Source: a virus | Lineage: Duplodnaviria; Caudoviricetes | Length of the DNA: 29,734 bases | Direction: 5' to 3' (one strand) | Virus record (IMG/VR): IMGVR_UViG_3300036794_000026 | Span: 1 to 29,734 of that record | Shown: positions 18,601-25,244 of the stretch, one piece after another | Layout: each line of letters opens with the position of its first letter | How positions within the stretch are numbered: the first letter of the stretch is position 1 | The notes under the pieces: generated by a model | Seen by the model: only the letters and a program-made list of their open reading frames with translations | The model's database searches: none | Told to the model about the DNA's origin: nothing | Made by a program: the position numbers and the translations under genes

Positions 18601-19398
18601 AAGCAGCAGCTTGAGAAGTTCCTGGTGAGCCAGAATCCAGCCGGAGGAATCCGACTAGCGCACGAGACGGGAGTGCTCAAACATCTTTTTCCGGAGCTAG
18701 AGAGTAACTTCTACTACGACCAGAAAAACCCTCACCACACCTACACGCTCGGTGAGCACAGTCTGAACGTCCTCGACAACATCTCCCGTCATACCAAAGA
18801 TCCAGACCTGCGTCTCGCTGCGCTGCTCCATGACATGGGCAAGCCTGCATCTGCATGGGAGGACCCGGTGACGGGTGCGACGCATTACTATGCCGGGATG
18901 CTCAACGGCCAGCCGGTCGGAGCCGACCACGCCAAAGTCGGGGCGGATCTTGCCGAGGCGCGTCTACGTCAGACTTTCAACTACCCTATCTCGAAAATCC
19001 GCAACATCCACAACCTGATCAACTCGCACATGTGGAGCGACTTTTCATCACCAAAGGGGGCCAGGAAATTTCTTCAAAAGCATGGTGATAGCGCAGATGA
19101 TCTATTGACTTTGCGAGAAGCAGATACGGCGGGCAAAGGCGGCATTAGCAATCGTAACCAAGATACGATTGAACGTCAACGTGAATTGGTTGAACAAGCT
19201 CGAAGTGTTGGTGCTGCAACAAATCAGAGTAGCTTGAGTGTAAATGGTAACGATCTTCTTGCGCTTGGGCTCAAGGGACCACAAATAGGCATTGTCCTTC
19301 GGCAACTCACCAACGACGTGGTGGCTGATCAAAGCCTCAATGATCGAGCGCGATTGTTGGAACGGGCACAGGAATACGCAAACGCACAATCTAGTTAG
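15652..19398 (+). CDS. 1248-aa multidomain protein ending in a CCA-adding tRNA nucleotidyltransferase with HD domain
   Basis: C-terminal part (~17965-19398) has VGGAVRD...DID, RRDFTANS, DPYGG, EDPTR, HSL...LLHDMGK, NGNDL. N-terminal modules: ART-like, YunG-like, C2H2 finger (CPYC...H...H) and Zn ribbon (CPHC...CESC). Confidence 0.9.
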   Translation: MSPLWHIAPSQARKQIEREGLRASNPGDFVFSEGPMEKGTPRVYMYDNPSAEHGIPGDLWEIDDRGLPIKEDERSGDGSYYHEGDISPMRLRRVATSDFDPDTITQEKLHELRRAAEHAWSDETRPEDSRGHPQPSAGHCYVTSKWLQGKLGGGHVGQKDGHFFWVSPDKNYVVDLTGDQTAYGRAKWAAEMQDADDEPYEHEPEQMRHRPGPVIYTHATNPLYRDFRIQSDPQPGQDKRDWEDLEQSPSISQRSQLFAERANAALEGKLTRQADAGGAGSDAYPAEGPQAEEEFNQRDFHDPVIDDLNLSMEEPVEHEYRFMFANGEFKVSPTDDYETMAQEAGISGEHEGPVAVGYVNVRGREALWSVETNVGLRGLVKMMKDYSKQVGWKWGGLVDGSGQPVADDFGAKKSFWYGYRDGKLKLSGQPFWGSFDEIEVVGRTAHFNRSPNQFARPGLEEWAKDFGYRIAEYPGGTDMNDRVKNKEWPTTYDKGDPEADPGKAFDGEPQGDLSCPYCNETLPDFKAYVMHTQDHQDPKAAPIDDGHFPTIEDSDTPLPLRPRNVTPTAIPVMGSMNPWKFAPPDGRIFEADATDPRVRCPHCGKDSMVRRDRMSNGVPFTYGFCESCGMNSRWPSEGEIAPVESPEHPDPWMDAEPGSLTFPDSWRFEAAAGKEGKDLLQAPIPFIYDIEKDYITVGHPGMRTPDIMGQFTPGGIVEGYYEPKGKMVINTTTTIPFSTYHMMQLWYYSHPGLEITSLEMESQTGEKHKVASADVGTYIRSITAADGAAWTASQALKEAGGKVYVVGGAVRDALLQKEPKDIDLMVSGIPPEDVNNILEHLPGRVDLTGKRFGVYRYHTKGQEVEIALPRTDTYDQGGTRGQGQITVDHNLPVEKDLQRRDFTANSMAVDLDSGRLVDPYGGARDLESHALRTTHPGSFDEDPTRLVRALTMHSRHGLVPDEQTRKEMEEHAPRLDQESPDALKQQLEKFLVSQNPAGGIRLAHETGVLKHLFPELESNFYYDQKNPHHTYTLGEHSLNVLDNISRHTKDPDLRLAALLHDMGKPASAWEDPVTGATHYYAGMLNGQPVGADHAKVGADLAEARLRQTFNYPISKIRNIHNLINSHMWSDFSSPKGARKFLQKHGDSADDLLTLREADTAGKGGISNRNQDTIERQRELVEQARSVGAATNQSSLSVNGNDLLALGLKGPQIGIVLRQLTNDVVADQSLNDRARLLERAQEYANAQSS

Positions 19399-19426
19399 AA
19401 AAACTGTCTATCGGGCTCTTACGGAC

Positions 19427-19455
19427 TTGTACAACGCCGTGGAGCCTGCTATACT
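19427..19455 (+). promoter_or_regulatory. Sigma70-type promoter, leaderless
   Basis: TTGTAC-17 nt-TATACT with TGn extension; ATG 6 nt downstream at 19462. Confidence 0.7.
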
Positions 19456-19461
19456 GGTTGT

Positions 19462-19653
19462 ATGAAACTTACGGATATGCAAAGAGAGGTGCTGGCCTGC
19501 GATGTAGTCGACCAGATTACGGAACGCATTGAGAGTCACTCAGCAGGGCTGCTAACCGAAAATCAATGGGATGATGTCGCATTGTATCTTCAGCCCGAGA
19601 TCGCTTCTCTGCTGGATCACGATTTCCCTGATCACATACCACCGAGGCGGTAA
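19462..19653 (+). CDS. Hypothetical protein
   Basis: 63 aa directly behind the promoter. Confidence 0.65.
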   Translation: MKLTDMQREVLACDVVDQITERIESHSAGLLTENQWDDVALYLQPEIASLLDHDFPDHIPPRR

Positions 19654-19660
19654 AGGTATA

Positions 19661-19831
19661 ATGGACGCCAATGGACAGATCTATTTTGCCCCCGAGGACG
19701 AGATTCCTCAGGAGGATGTCGAGCGCCTCAAGGAGGCCGCAGCGCTCGACTTCGAGGAACGCTTCGAACGTCTGCAACAGGAGCGCACAGTGCGCGACCC
19801 GTTGGCCGTAGCCAAGCTGCCCTTTCCATGA
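19661..19831 (+). CDS. Hypothetical protein
   Basis: MDANGQIYFAP start after AAAGG, within track ORF 19571..19831; ATGA-coupled to the next ORF. Confidence 0.6.
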   Translation: MDANGQIYFAPEDEIPQEDVERLKEAAALDFEERFERLQQERTVRDPLAVAKLPFP

Positions 19832-20022
19832 TCGCGCTCACGTTCAACACGTACTGGGCGCAATGCCATGATCCCAAGACGGGCACCGACGCTCGTTTCA
19901 CGATCAAAGCAATCTCGGAGCGCCACGCAGACATACAAGCTCGCGACAGATGCTTCGGTTTTCTGGCTCCTCCGCCAGAGGAGCGCCGTGCCGAACTAGA
20001 GGTAACGATCGAACAATGCTAG
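19828..20022 (+). CDS. Hypothetical protein
   Basis: 64 aa; coupled start. Confidence 0.55.
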   Translation: MIALTFNTYWAQCHDPKTGTDARFTIKAISERHADIQARDRCFGFLAPPPEERRAELEVTIEQC

Positions 20023-20219
20023 GTCTGCCGTCGAGTGTCAAGTATGTCAATCGATCCAAGCGCCCTAAGCGCGTCTTCGTCAAACGAGAGGGAGAACAAA
20101 TGAGCCATAAACCGATGTTGTTGATCCCGAGCAACGAGCTTCCGAATCATGTGCTCTGCGTTGGGATCAAGACTCCGACTGAAACGATCGTCGTCCACAA
20201 AAAGAACGCCAAGAAGTAG
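20016..20219 (+). CDS. Basic hypothetical protein
   Basis: MLGLPSSVKY start inside track ORF 19950..20219. Confidence 0.5.
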   Translation: MLGLPSSVKYVNRSKRPKRVFVKREGEQMSHKPMLLIPSNELPNHVLCVGIKTPTETIVVHKKNAKK

Positions 20220-20429
20220 ATGGTCGAGTGCCCGGTTCTTGAGGATAAACGAAACGGGCACGTCTTGCTGCCGTTTTATCGCAATCGCCTCCAGAGTAAT
20301 GGGTATGAGAGATGGGCAGCCTATGAGTTCGACAGTCGCGAGGACATCGATGCACCATGCCACAATGGCTCTCCGGCGCTCGTGGATCGCCATCCGGATG
20401 GGCAATGGTATCGAGAGTGGGGCACATGA
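20220..20429 (+). CDS. Hypothetical protein
   Basis: 69 aa; abuts the upstream stop; ATGA overlap with the next gene. Confidence 0.55.
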   Translation: MVECPVLEDKRNGHVLLPFYRNRLQSNGYERWAAYEFDSREDIDAPCHNGSPALVDRHPDGQWYREWGT

Positions 20430-23400
20430 GGCTCTCTAACATCCTCGACCCTATCCACGCGGAGCTTGATCCGCTCGTGTGGGATAACCCCGCATCCGAC
20501 AAGCCGGTGCTCAAGCCTGTTCACGCGCACTGGATCAAGACGCAGGTCTACAAGACGCTCGAAGATGCAGGCTACACGGATGTGGAGAAATGGCTGTCCT
20601 TGGTCTTCACGGGATCGTTGACCACATATCAGTACAGCGCTAATAGTGACGTGGATATTAGCCTTTTCGTGGACACGAAGGTCTTCCCGGAGTGGTCGCG
20701 CGCCGAGATGATCGCGCTCATGGTGCAAAAGCTAGACGGTCGCACTCTCCCCGGCACCCCGTACCCCCTACAAGACTTCGTGGTCGGCGAGGGCATCAAG
20801 CCGAGCGATCTGTACAAGCCGGGTCTACGGTCGGGCTACAACCTGGACAATGGTAAATGGATCGTGCCTCCAGATCGAGCCCACGCCCACGATGTCAAGG
20901 CGCAGGAGGGTGGTTTCTACGCCTGGGCTCTTCAAATGGCCGACAAGATGGAACGCCTCTTGCGCTACGAGCCTGATCAGGCTATTGCCTTCTGGCACTC
21001 GATCCACAAGAAACGTCAACGAGACATGTCGAAGGGGAAGGGTGACTTCTGTCTTGCTCCGGATACATTGGTTTTGACTTCAAGGTTTGAATGGAAGCCG
21101 ATAGGAGAAATCTCGGTAGGCGATGAGCTAGTCGGGTTTGATGAGGAGATCAAGACTCAATCTACAGACGGATCTACTCGCGGACAACAACGAACATTTC
21201 AGCGCGCACGCGTGACGAGTCTAGATCGTAAGGTGCTTCCCTCTTATCGTATACACACCGATAAGCAACTGCCTATTGTGGCTAGCAATCATCACAGTTG
21301 GCTTGTACGCGGACCAAAGAATACGGTGGTTTGGAAGGAAACACAAGATCTCATAGCGGGTGATAGGATCATTCGTTTTGGTAGGCCCTGGACAAGTCAA
21401 ATTGATCGAGAGAAGGCAGCATACGTTGCCGGTATGTTTGATGGTGAGGGACATATCACAAAGCTAGGGCGTTTGCAGTTTGCACAAAAGGGCGGCGCGG
21501 TTCTAGAGTACACTTGCGAATGTCTTGATGCGCTCGGGTTTGGTTACTCTCGACATAAGAAAAACGAACCATATGGTATCTATGACACTGCGTATAATGT
21601 TCAAATTTTTGGTGGCGTAGCGGAGGCTATGCGCTTCTTGTATCAAGTACCGACCGTCCGCCTGCGGCAGAATTATCCTGATTTTTGGGTGGGAAGACAA
21701 ATTTCTCCAAAGGGTCGCTATCTAGAAGAAGATGTATGTATTGCAACTATCGAGCGCATGGAAGAGCTAAGAGCGCAGGAAGTTGTGGCTATCGGGACAA
21801 GTACAAAGACTTTGATCGCGGAGGGTTTGTATTCTCACAACTCAGAGAGCAACATCGTCTACAAGATGCTGGCTAACCGGGGTTTGTTCCCGGCCCTTAG
21901 CGAGGCATCGGGGGAGTACATCGCCTCAGTGAAGAGAGCCGGTCGTGACTGGTTCGCTCCAAGCTACATGATCCCCGACCAGGCCAAGCAGCAGATCCAC
22001 GAATGGACACAGGCTCAGCAGTGGCCCGAGGGAACGAAGTTCCAGGACCCGAGCAAGTACCACGTCACGGGCATCTACAGTCCTGAAGGATTCTCCAATC
22101 CAGAACATCAGCAATGGGCTAATAGTAGGTCCGGTATTACCTATCCTGTCACCACGACGGGAATTGAGTCGTTCTCTCCAGCAGAGGGCAAGTCACTCAC
22201 CCCTACCGTTCTCCGAGTCCACAACCCCGATCTCATCAACGACGGAGAAGGAATGCTCAATGAGGCAGAGCAGAGAGGATTGCCGGTCTCTCGCTTCCCC
22301 GGTGGATACAAGCCACATATTACCGTCGCTCACACGCCGGAACAGGTCCAGCTAGAGCACCCTGGACTCCAGTTCCCTGTCGGTCCTCTCCGTGACCTGC
22401 ACGGCTACTACGACGAGTTGAAGCAGCGCAGCGCGAGCGCTCCTACCGATCCACCTAACTTGCGACAGCACGAAAAGCCAAAGGAGCGCTGTTCCACCTG
22501 CAAGATGTACTGGAAGGCCAAAGACGGTAAAGGGAATTGCTGGGGCTATGGCGAAAAGGATGTCTCGGCAGGGCAGGTGTGTGATAGCTGGACTGCGGAG
22601 AAGACCGCAAAGACGGCTGCTCCCTTCGATCGGCAGCTAGCCAAGTTCGTCTATGACCCTGCTACCAATCGTCTCCTGATGGGACAAATGGGTCGTCCTG
22701 AGGGCGAGCAGCTAACGCATAACCAACTGCTCGAACATCCGATGTGGGGCGATTGGTCAGATCGTAACCGCGCCGAGATGGCATTTGGTTCGGTCGCACA
22801 GAACGGCTATGGATCGATCCTCTCTCGTACGCGCCTTGCGCCGGGCAAGGACAGCACGAATCCGTACCAGAAGCAGTACCAGACTGAGCGCGCTCTCCAG
22901 CGCGCTATCCCTGGTGTACGCTTCACGAACCCTACGCCGATGCTCAAGCCCGAGTGGGAGCTACTCGATGACCCTACGATCACCTACATCGGTGAGCCGC
23001 CTGCGATCGAGCCTGCCGAAGAGGACAAGCGTTGGGACTTCCAGTCCAAGACCGATCCTACCCAAGTCGCGCAGCGCATCTACGAGAAGGCTATCGAGGG
23101 AGTCGGTAGCACAATCAACCTTCACGGCGAAAGCCCGCATACTCGCTACGGGTTCGCTCCGGATCTAGCGACCCAGACTCCCTTCCCGTTGGAGTCGTTC
23201 AGCCCTGCGGATGTGGAATCCTTCATCCAGCGTTTCGCGGATCGTCTGCGGGACCCGGAGAAATTCGTGGGAGCTTGGCTCCAAGGTGATCAAGTGATCC
23301 TTGACGTGACCGAAGGCCACGATGACTTTGACACCGCGTACCAGCGAGCTTGGGACGGACACCAGCAGAGCCTATGGGACGGCGAGATCGATGACGAAAT

Positions 23401-23440
23401 TCCCGTCAGAGGTCTTGACTATGTTCAGCCTATCGTGTAG
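20426..23440 (+). CDS. ~1004-aa multidomain protein: Pol-beta nucleotidyltransferase (intein-interrupted) + 2H phosphodiesterase (Acb1-like) + 4-Cys domain + unknown modules
   Basis: TGSLTTYQYSANSDVD (GS...DxD), GDF|intein|SESNIVYKML, YHVTGIYS and YKPHITVA (two HxT), CSTC...C...CDSW. Start MRLSNILDP at the ATGA overlap. Confidence 0.85.
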   Translation: MRLSNILDPIHAELDPLVWDNPASDKPVLKPVHAHWIKTQVYKTLEDAGYTDVEKWLSLVFTGSLTTYQYSANSDVDISLFVDTKVFPEWSRAEMIALMVQKLDGRTLPGTPYPLQDFVVGEGIKPSDLYKPGLRSGYNLDNGKWIVPPDRAHAHDVKAQEGGFYAWALQMADKMERLLRYEPDQAIAFWHSIHKKRQRDMSKGKGDFCLAPDTLVLTSRFEWKPIGEISVGDELVGFDEEIKTQSTDGSTRGQQRTFQRARVTSLDRKVLPSYRIHTDKQLPIVASNHHSWLVRGPKNTVVWKETQDLIAGDRIIRFGRPWTSQIDREKAAYVAGMFDGEGHITKLGRLQFAQKGGAVLEYTCECLDALGFGYSRHKKNEPYGIYDTAYNVQIFGGVAEAMRFLYQVPTVRLRQNYPDFWVGRQISPKGRYLEEDVCIATIERMEELRAQEVVAIGTSTKTLIAEGLYSHNSESNIVYKMLANRGLFPALSEASGEYIASVKRAGRDWFAPSYMIPDQAKQQIHEWTQAQQWPEGTKFQDPSKYHVTGIYSPEGFSNPEHQQWANSRSGITYPVTTTGIESFSPAEGKSLTPTVLRVHNPDLINDGEGMLNEAEQRGLPVSRFPGGYKPHITVAHTPEQVQLEHPGLQFPVGPLRDLHGYYDELKQRSASAPTDPPNLRQHEKPKERCSTCKMYWKAKDGKGNCWGYGEKDVSAGQVCDSWTAEKTAKTAAPFDRQLAKFVYDPATNRLLMGQMGRPEGEQLTHNQLLEHPMWGDWSDRNRAEMAFGSVAQNGYGSILSRTRLAPGKDSTNPYQKQYQTERALQRAIPGVRFTNPTPMLKPEWELLDDPTITYIGEPPAIEPAEEDKRWDFQSKTDPTQVAQRIYEKAIEGVGSTINLHGESPHTRYGFAPDLATQTPFPLESFSPADVESFIQRFADRLRDPEKFVGAWLQGDQVILDVTEGHDDFDTAYQRAWDGHQQSLWDGEIDDEIPVRGLDYVQPIV
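21050..21841 (+). mobile_element. Intein (264 aa) with LAGLIDADG-type endonuclease in the nucleotidyltransferase
   Basis: N-junction DF|CLAPDTLVL, block B ASNHHSW, YVAGMFDGEG, C-junction LYSHN|S. AT-richer than flanks. Confidence 0.92.
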
Positions 23441-23443
23441 TAT
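23415..23443 (+). promoter_or_regulatory. Sigma70-type promoter overlapping the end of the upstream gene
   Basis: TTGACT-17 nt-TAGTAT, followed by a 10-codon GTG mini-ORF (23451-23483) and AGAAAGG before the next start. Confidence 0.55.
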
Positions 23444-23485
23444 ATAGGGCGTGCTTGATCGAAGACGACACAAAGAAAGGTAGTG

Positions 23486-23794
23486 ATGAGAAAGCGTAAC
23501 CAGACACTAGAGGCGGCGCCGAAGGGCACGCATGCGCCATTGTTCACCAACAATGCGCTTCAGCATCCAGCGTGGGTGCAGGGCTTGCGTGATATCTTCG
23601 CTGCAGCCGAGCAAGCCCGTTTCGCGTCGGAGCGAGAGCAGGTGCTGCGGGAGGCATTGAAACAGGCGCAATCTAATATCTGCGTACTGGCCGGGGATGC
23701 GGCGAACTCGTCACTCTATCGACGGCAGCTGGCCAAGAGGTGGTCAGCAGAGATTGACGCTGCTCTGGCTACGTCTCCCGAGCAAGCCCCATAG
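23486..23794 (+). CDS. Hypothetical protein
   Basis: 102-aa helical ORF with RBS AGAAAGG. Confidence 0.6.
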   Translation: MRKRNQTLEAAPKGTHAPLFTNNALQHPAWVQGLRDIFAAAEQARFASEREQVLREALKQAQSNICVLAGDAANSSLYRRQLAKRWSAEIDAALATSPEQAP

Positions 23795-23837
23795 CCGGGG
23801 TCATAGACCGCTCTGCCGATGACATAGATCGGGCATC

Positions 23838-23858
23838 CATCTACGTTATAATGGGTGA
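23838..23858 (+). promoter_or_regulatory. TATAAT-containing promoter motif (candidate late promoter), leaderless
   Basis: TATAAT at 23847-23852, ATG 6 nt later; similar to 3485-3505. Confidence 0.55.
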
Positions 23859-25106
23859 ATGCCCGAGCGTTGGACGCATATCACAGCTACTCAGAACGAC
23901 GATGCCTTCTTCGAAGATTATGTACGTTTGGCGCTAGCCTGCGAACCATCACCGCTACCCGAGCGCACGATGCGCCTCGGCACCGTCCAGGCGGGTTGGT
24001 TTCCCACGGTGCCAGGGGTGGCGCACATCTTCGCGTCTGGAGGCACACCGCTCGATCGTCGCTACGCCTATGTGATCATCGCCAACCAGCTAGATGGTCA
24101 TGGGATCAAGCCAGCTTCCTACACGCTCGACTGGGATCTTGCTGACGAGACACTGATCAAGGAAGCCGGATGGCCCGACATTCAGGCCAAGGCCACTAGA
24201 CTCATCAAAAGCGGCAAGGTCAAGATCGTCCGTAACGCGCCCGAAATCGTTGCAGGCGTCGTGGAAGGTGACCACGGTACGTACAACACTGAAATCCAGC
24301 GCAACGATCCGAACTCGCAAGCTATTGCGATGTGGTCGTGCGAATGCAAGTGGGACCAATTCGCGTGGCAGCGTACGCGCCAATGGAAGCGTCTAGAGGG
24401 TCGCGTGTGTTCGCACGTCCTAGCGACGTACTGGCAGGCTCTAGGCACTCCGCTGGACGAAGAGCCTGAAGAACCACAGGGACCCGCTCCGGGCAGCCCA
24501 GAAGGCGCTCCAGCGCCCCCAGAAGGAGTGCCTACCCCTACCCCACCACCGTCGCAGTTCGGTCAGGTACCGGGAGGCGGTACAGGAATGGTGCCACCAG
24601 GCGGTACACCCGGACCGCAGAAGCCGGGCGTACCCAATGCAACCGCGCCTATGCCGGAAGCGAGCCCGGTGCCAGGGCAAGCGCCAGAACCCCAGAGCTT
24701 GATCCCCCAGTACCCGCACGATCCTTCGCTCCAGCCAGCCATCAACCCAGTCTCGGTGCCGGGTCAGAAGCCACAGACGCCGCTCAACCCGATCCAGAAC
24801 CCAGGCGGTACGTTCTCGCACGTCGCAGGGCAGCAGTTCACGAACGGCATGATGGTGCAGTTGAAGCAGGCCGATCACGGCCAGACCGTAGGGCTCGGCG
24901 CAGGCGACACGAAGGAAATCCCCGCGAACAGCATCGGCGAGGTCCTCGGAACCGATCCGCTAGGGCTCGTGAACGTCTACTTTGCAGGTCCGCAGGCTGA
25001 AGCTGGTAGACTAGAGCCTCATGGAGTCACCGGATGGTTCTGGCCAAATGATCTCATCGCGCGTCCTGATGTCCCCGCAGCGGGTCCGGCGGTAAGACGA
25101 CGATGA
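23859..25106 (+). CDS. SWIM zinc-finger protein with Pro-rich linker and C-terminal SH3-like module
   Basis: WSCECKW...VCSHVLA (CxC...CxH); Pro-rich at about 24460-24810; KEA motif (24159) precedes the SWIM module. Confidence 0.75.
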   Translation: MPERWTHITATQNDDAFFEDYVRLALACEPSPLPERTMRLGTVQAGWFPTVPGVAHIFASGGTPLDRRYAYVIIANQLDGHGIKPASYTLDWDLADETLIKEAGWPDIQAKATRLIKSGKVKIVRNAPEIVAGVVEGDHGTYNTEIQRNDPNSQAIAMWSCECKWDQFAWQRTRQWKRLEGRVCSHVLATYWQALGTPLDEEPEEPQGPAPGSPEGAPAPPEGVPTPTPPPSQFGQVPGGGTGMVPPGGTPGPQKPGVPNATAPMPEASPVPGQAPEPQSLIPQYPHDPSLQPAINPVSVPGQKPQTPLNPIQNPGGTFSHVAGQQFTNGMMVQLKQADHGQTVGLGAGDTKEIPANSIGEVLGTDPLGLVNVYFAGPQAEAGRLEPHGVTGWFWPNDLIARPDVPAAGPAVRRR

Positions 25107-25225
25107 TCGCGCGCCTATGGAACCGCTGGAACCCTCAGCCTACGTGGCAGGAATTCGTACGCCTGACGCTCATCGAGTCGGCTACGGCCTTTGCGTTGAT
25201 CTGTTTGCTCAACGCGATCTTTTAG
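25103..25225 (+). CDS. Small membrane peptide (40 aa; not in ORF track)
   Basis: ATGA-coupled; MIARLWNRWNPQPTWQEFVRLTLIESATAFALICLLNAIF. Confidence 0.5.
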   Translation: MIARLWNRWNPQPTWQEFVRLTLIESATAFALICLLNAIF

Positions 25226-25244
25226 TTTCTTTTAGTGGTTGAAG

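Noticed and set aside
20357-20425. Upstream start for the NTase polyprotein
   Set aside because: Overlaps ORF 20220..20429; ATG 20426 is translationally coupled.
23795-23840. CATAGAYCG direct repeat / weak hairpin
   Set aside because: Only two short imperfect copies and no U-tract; not supportable as a terminator or array.
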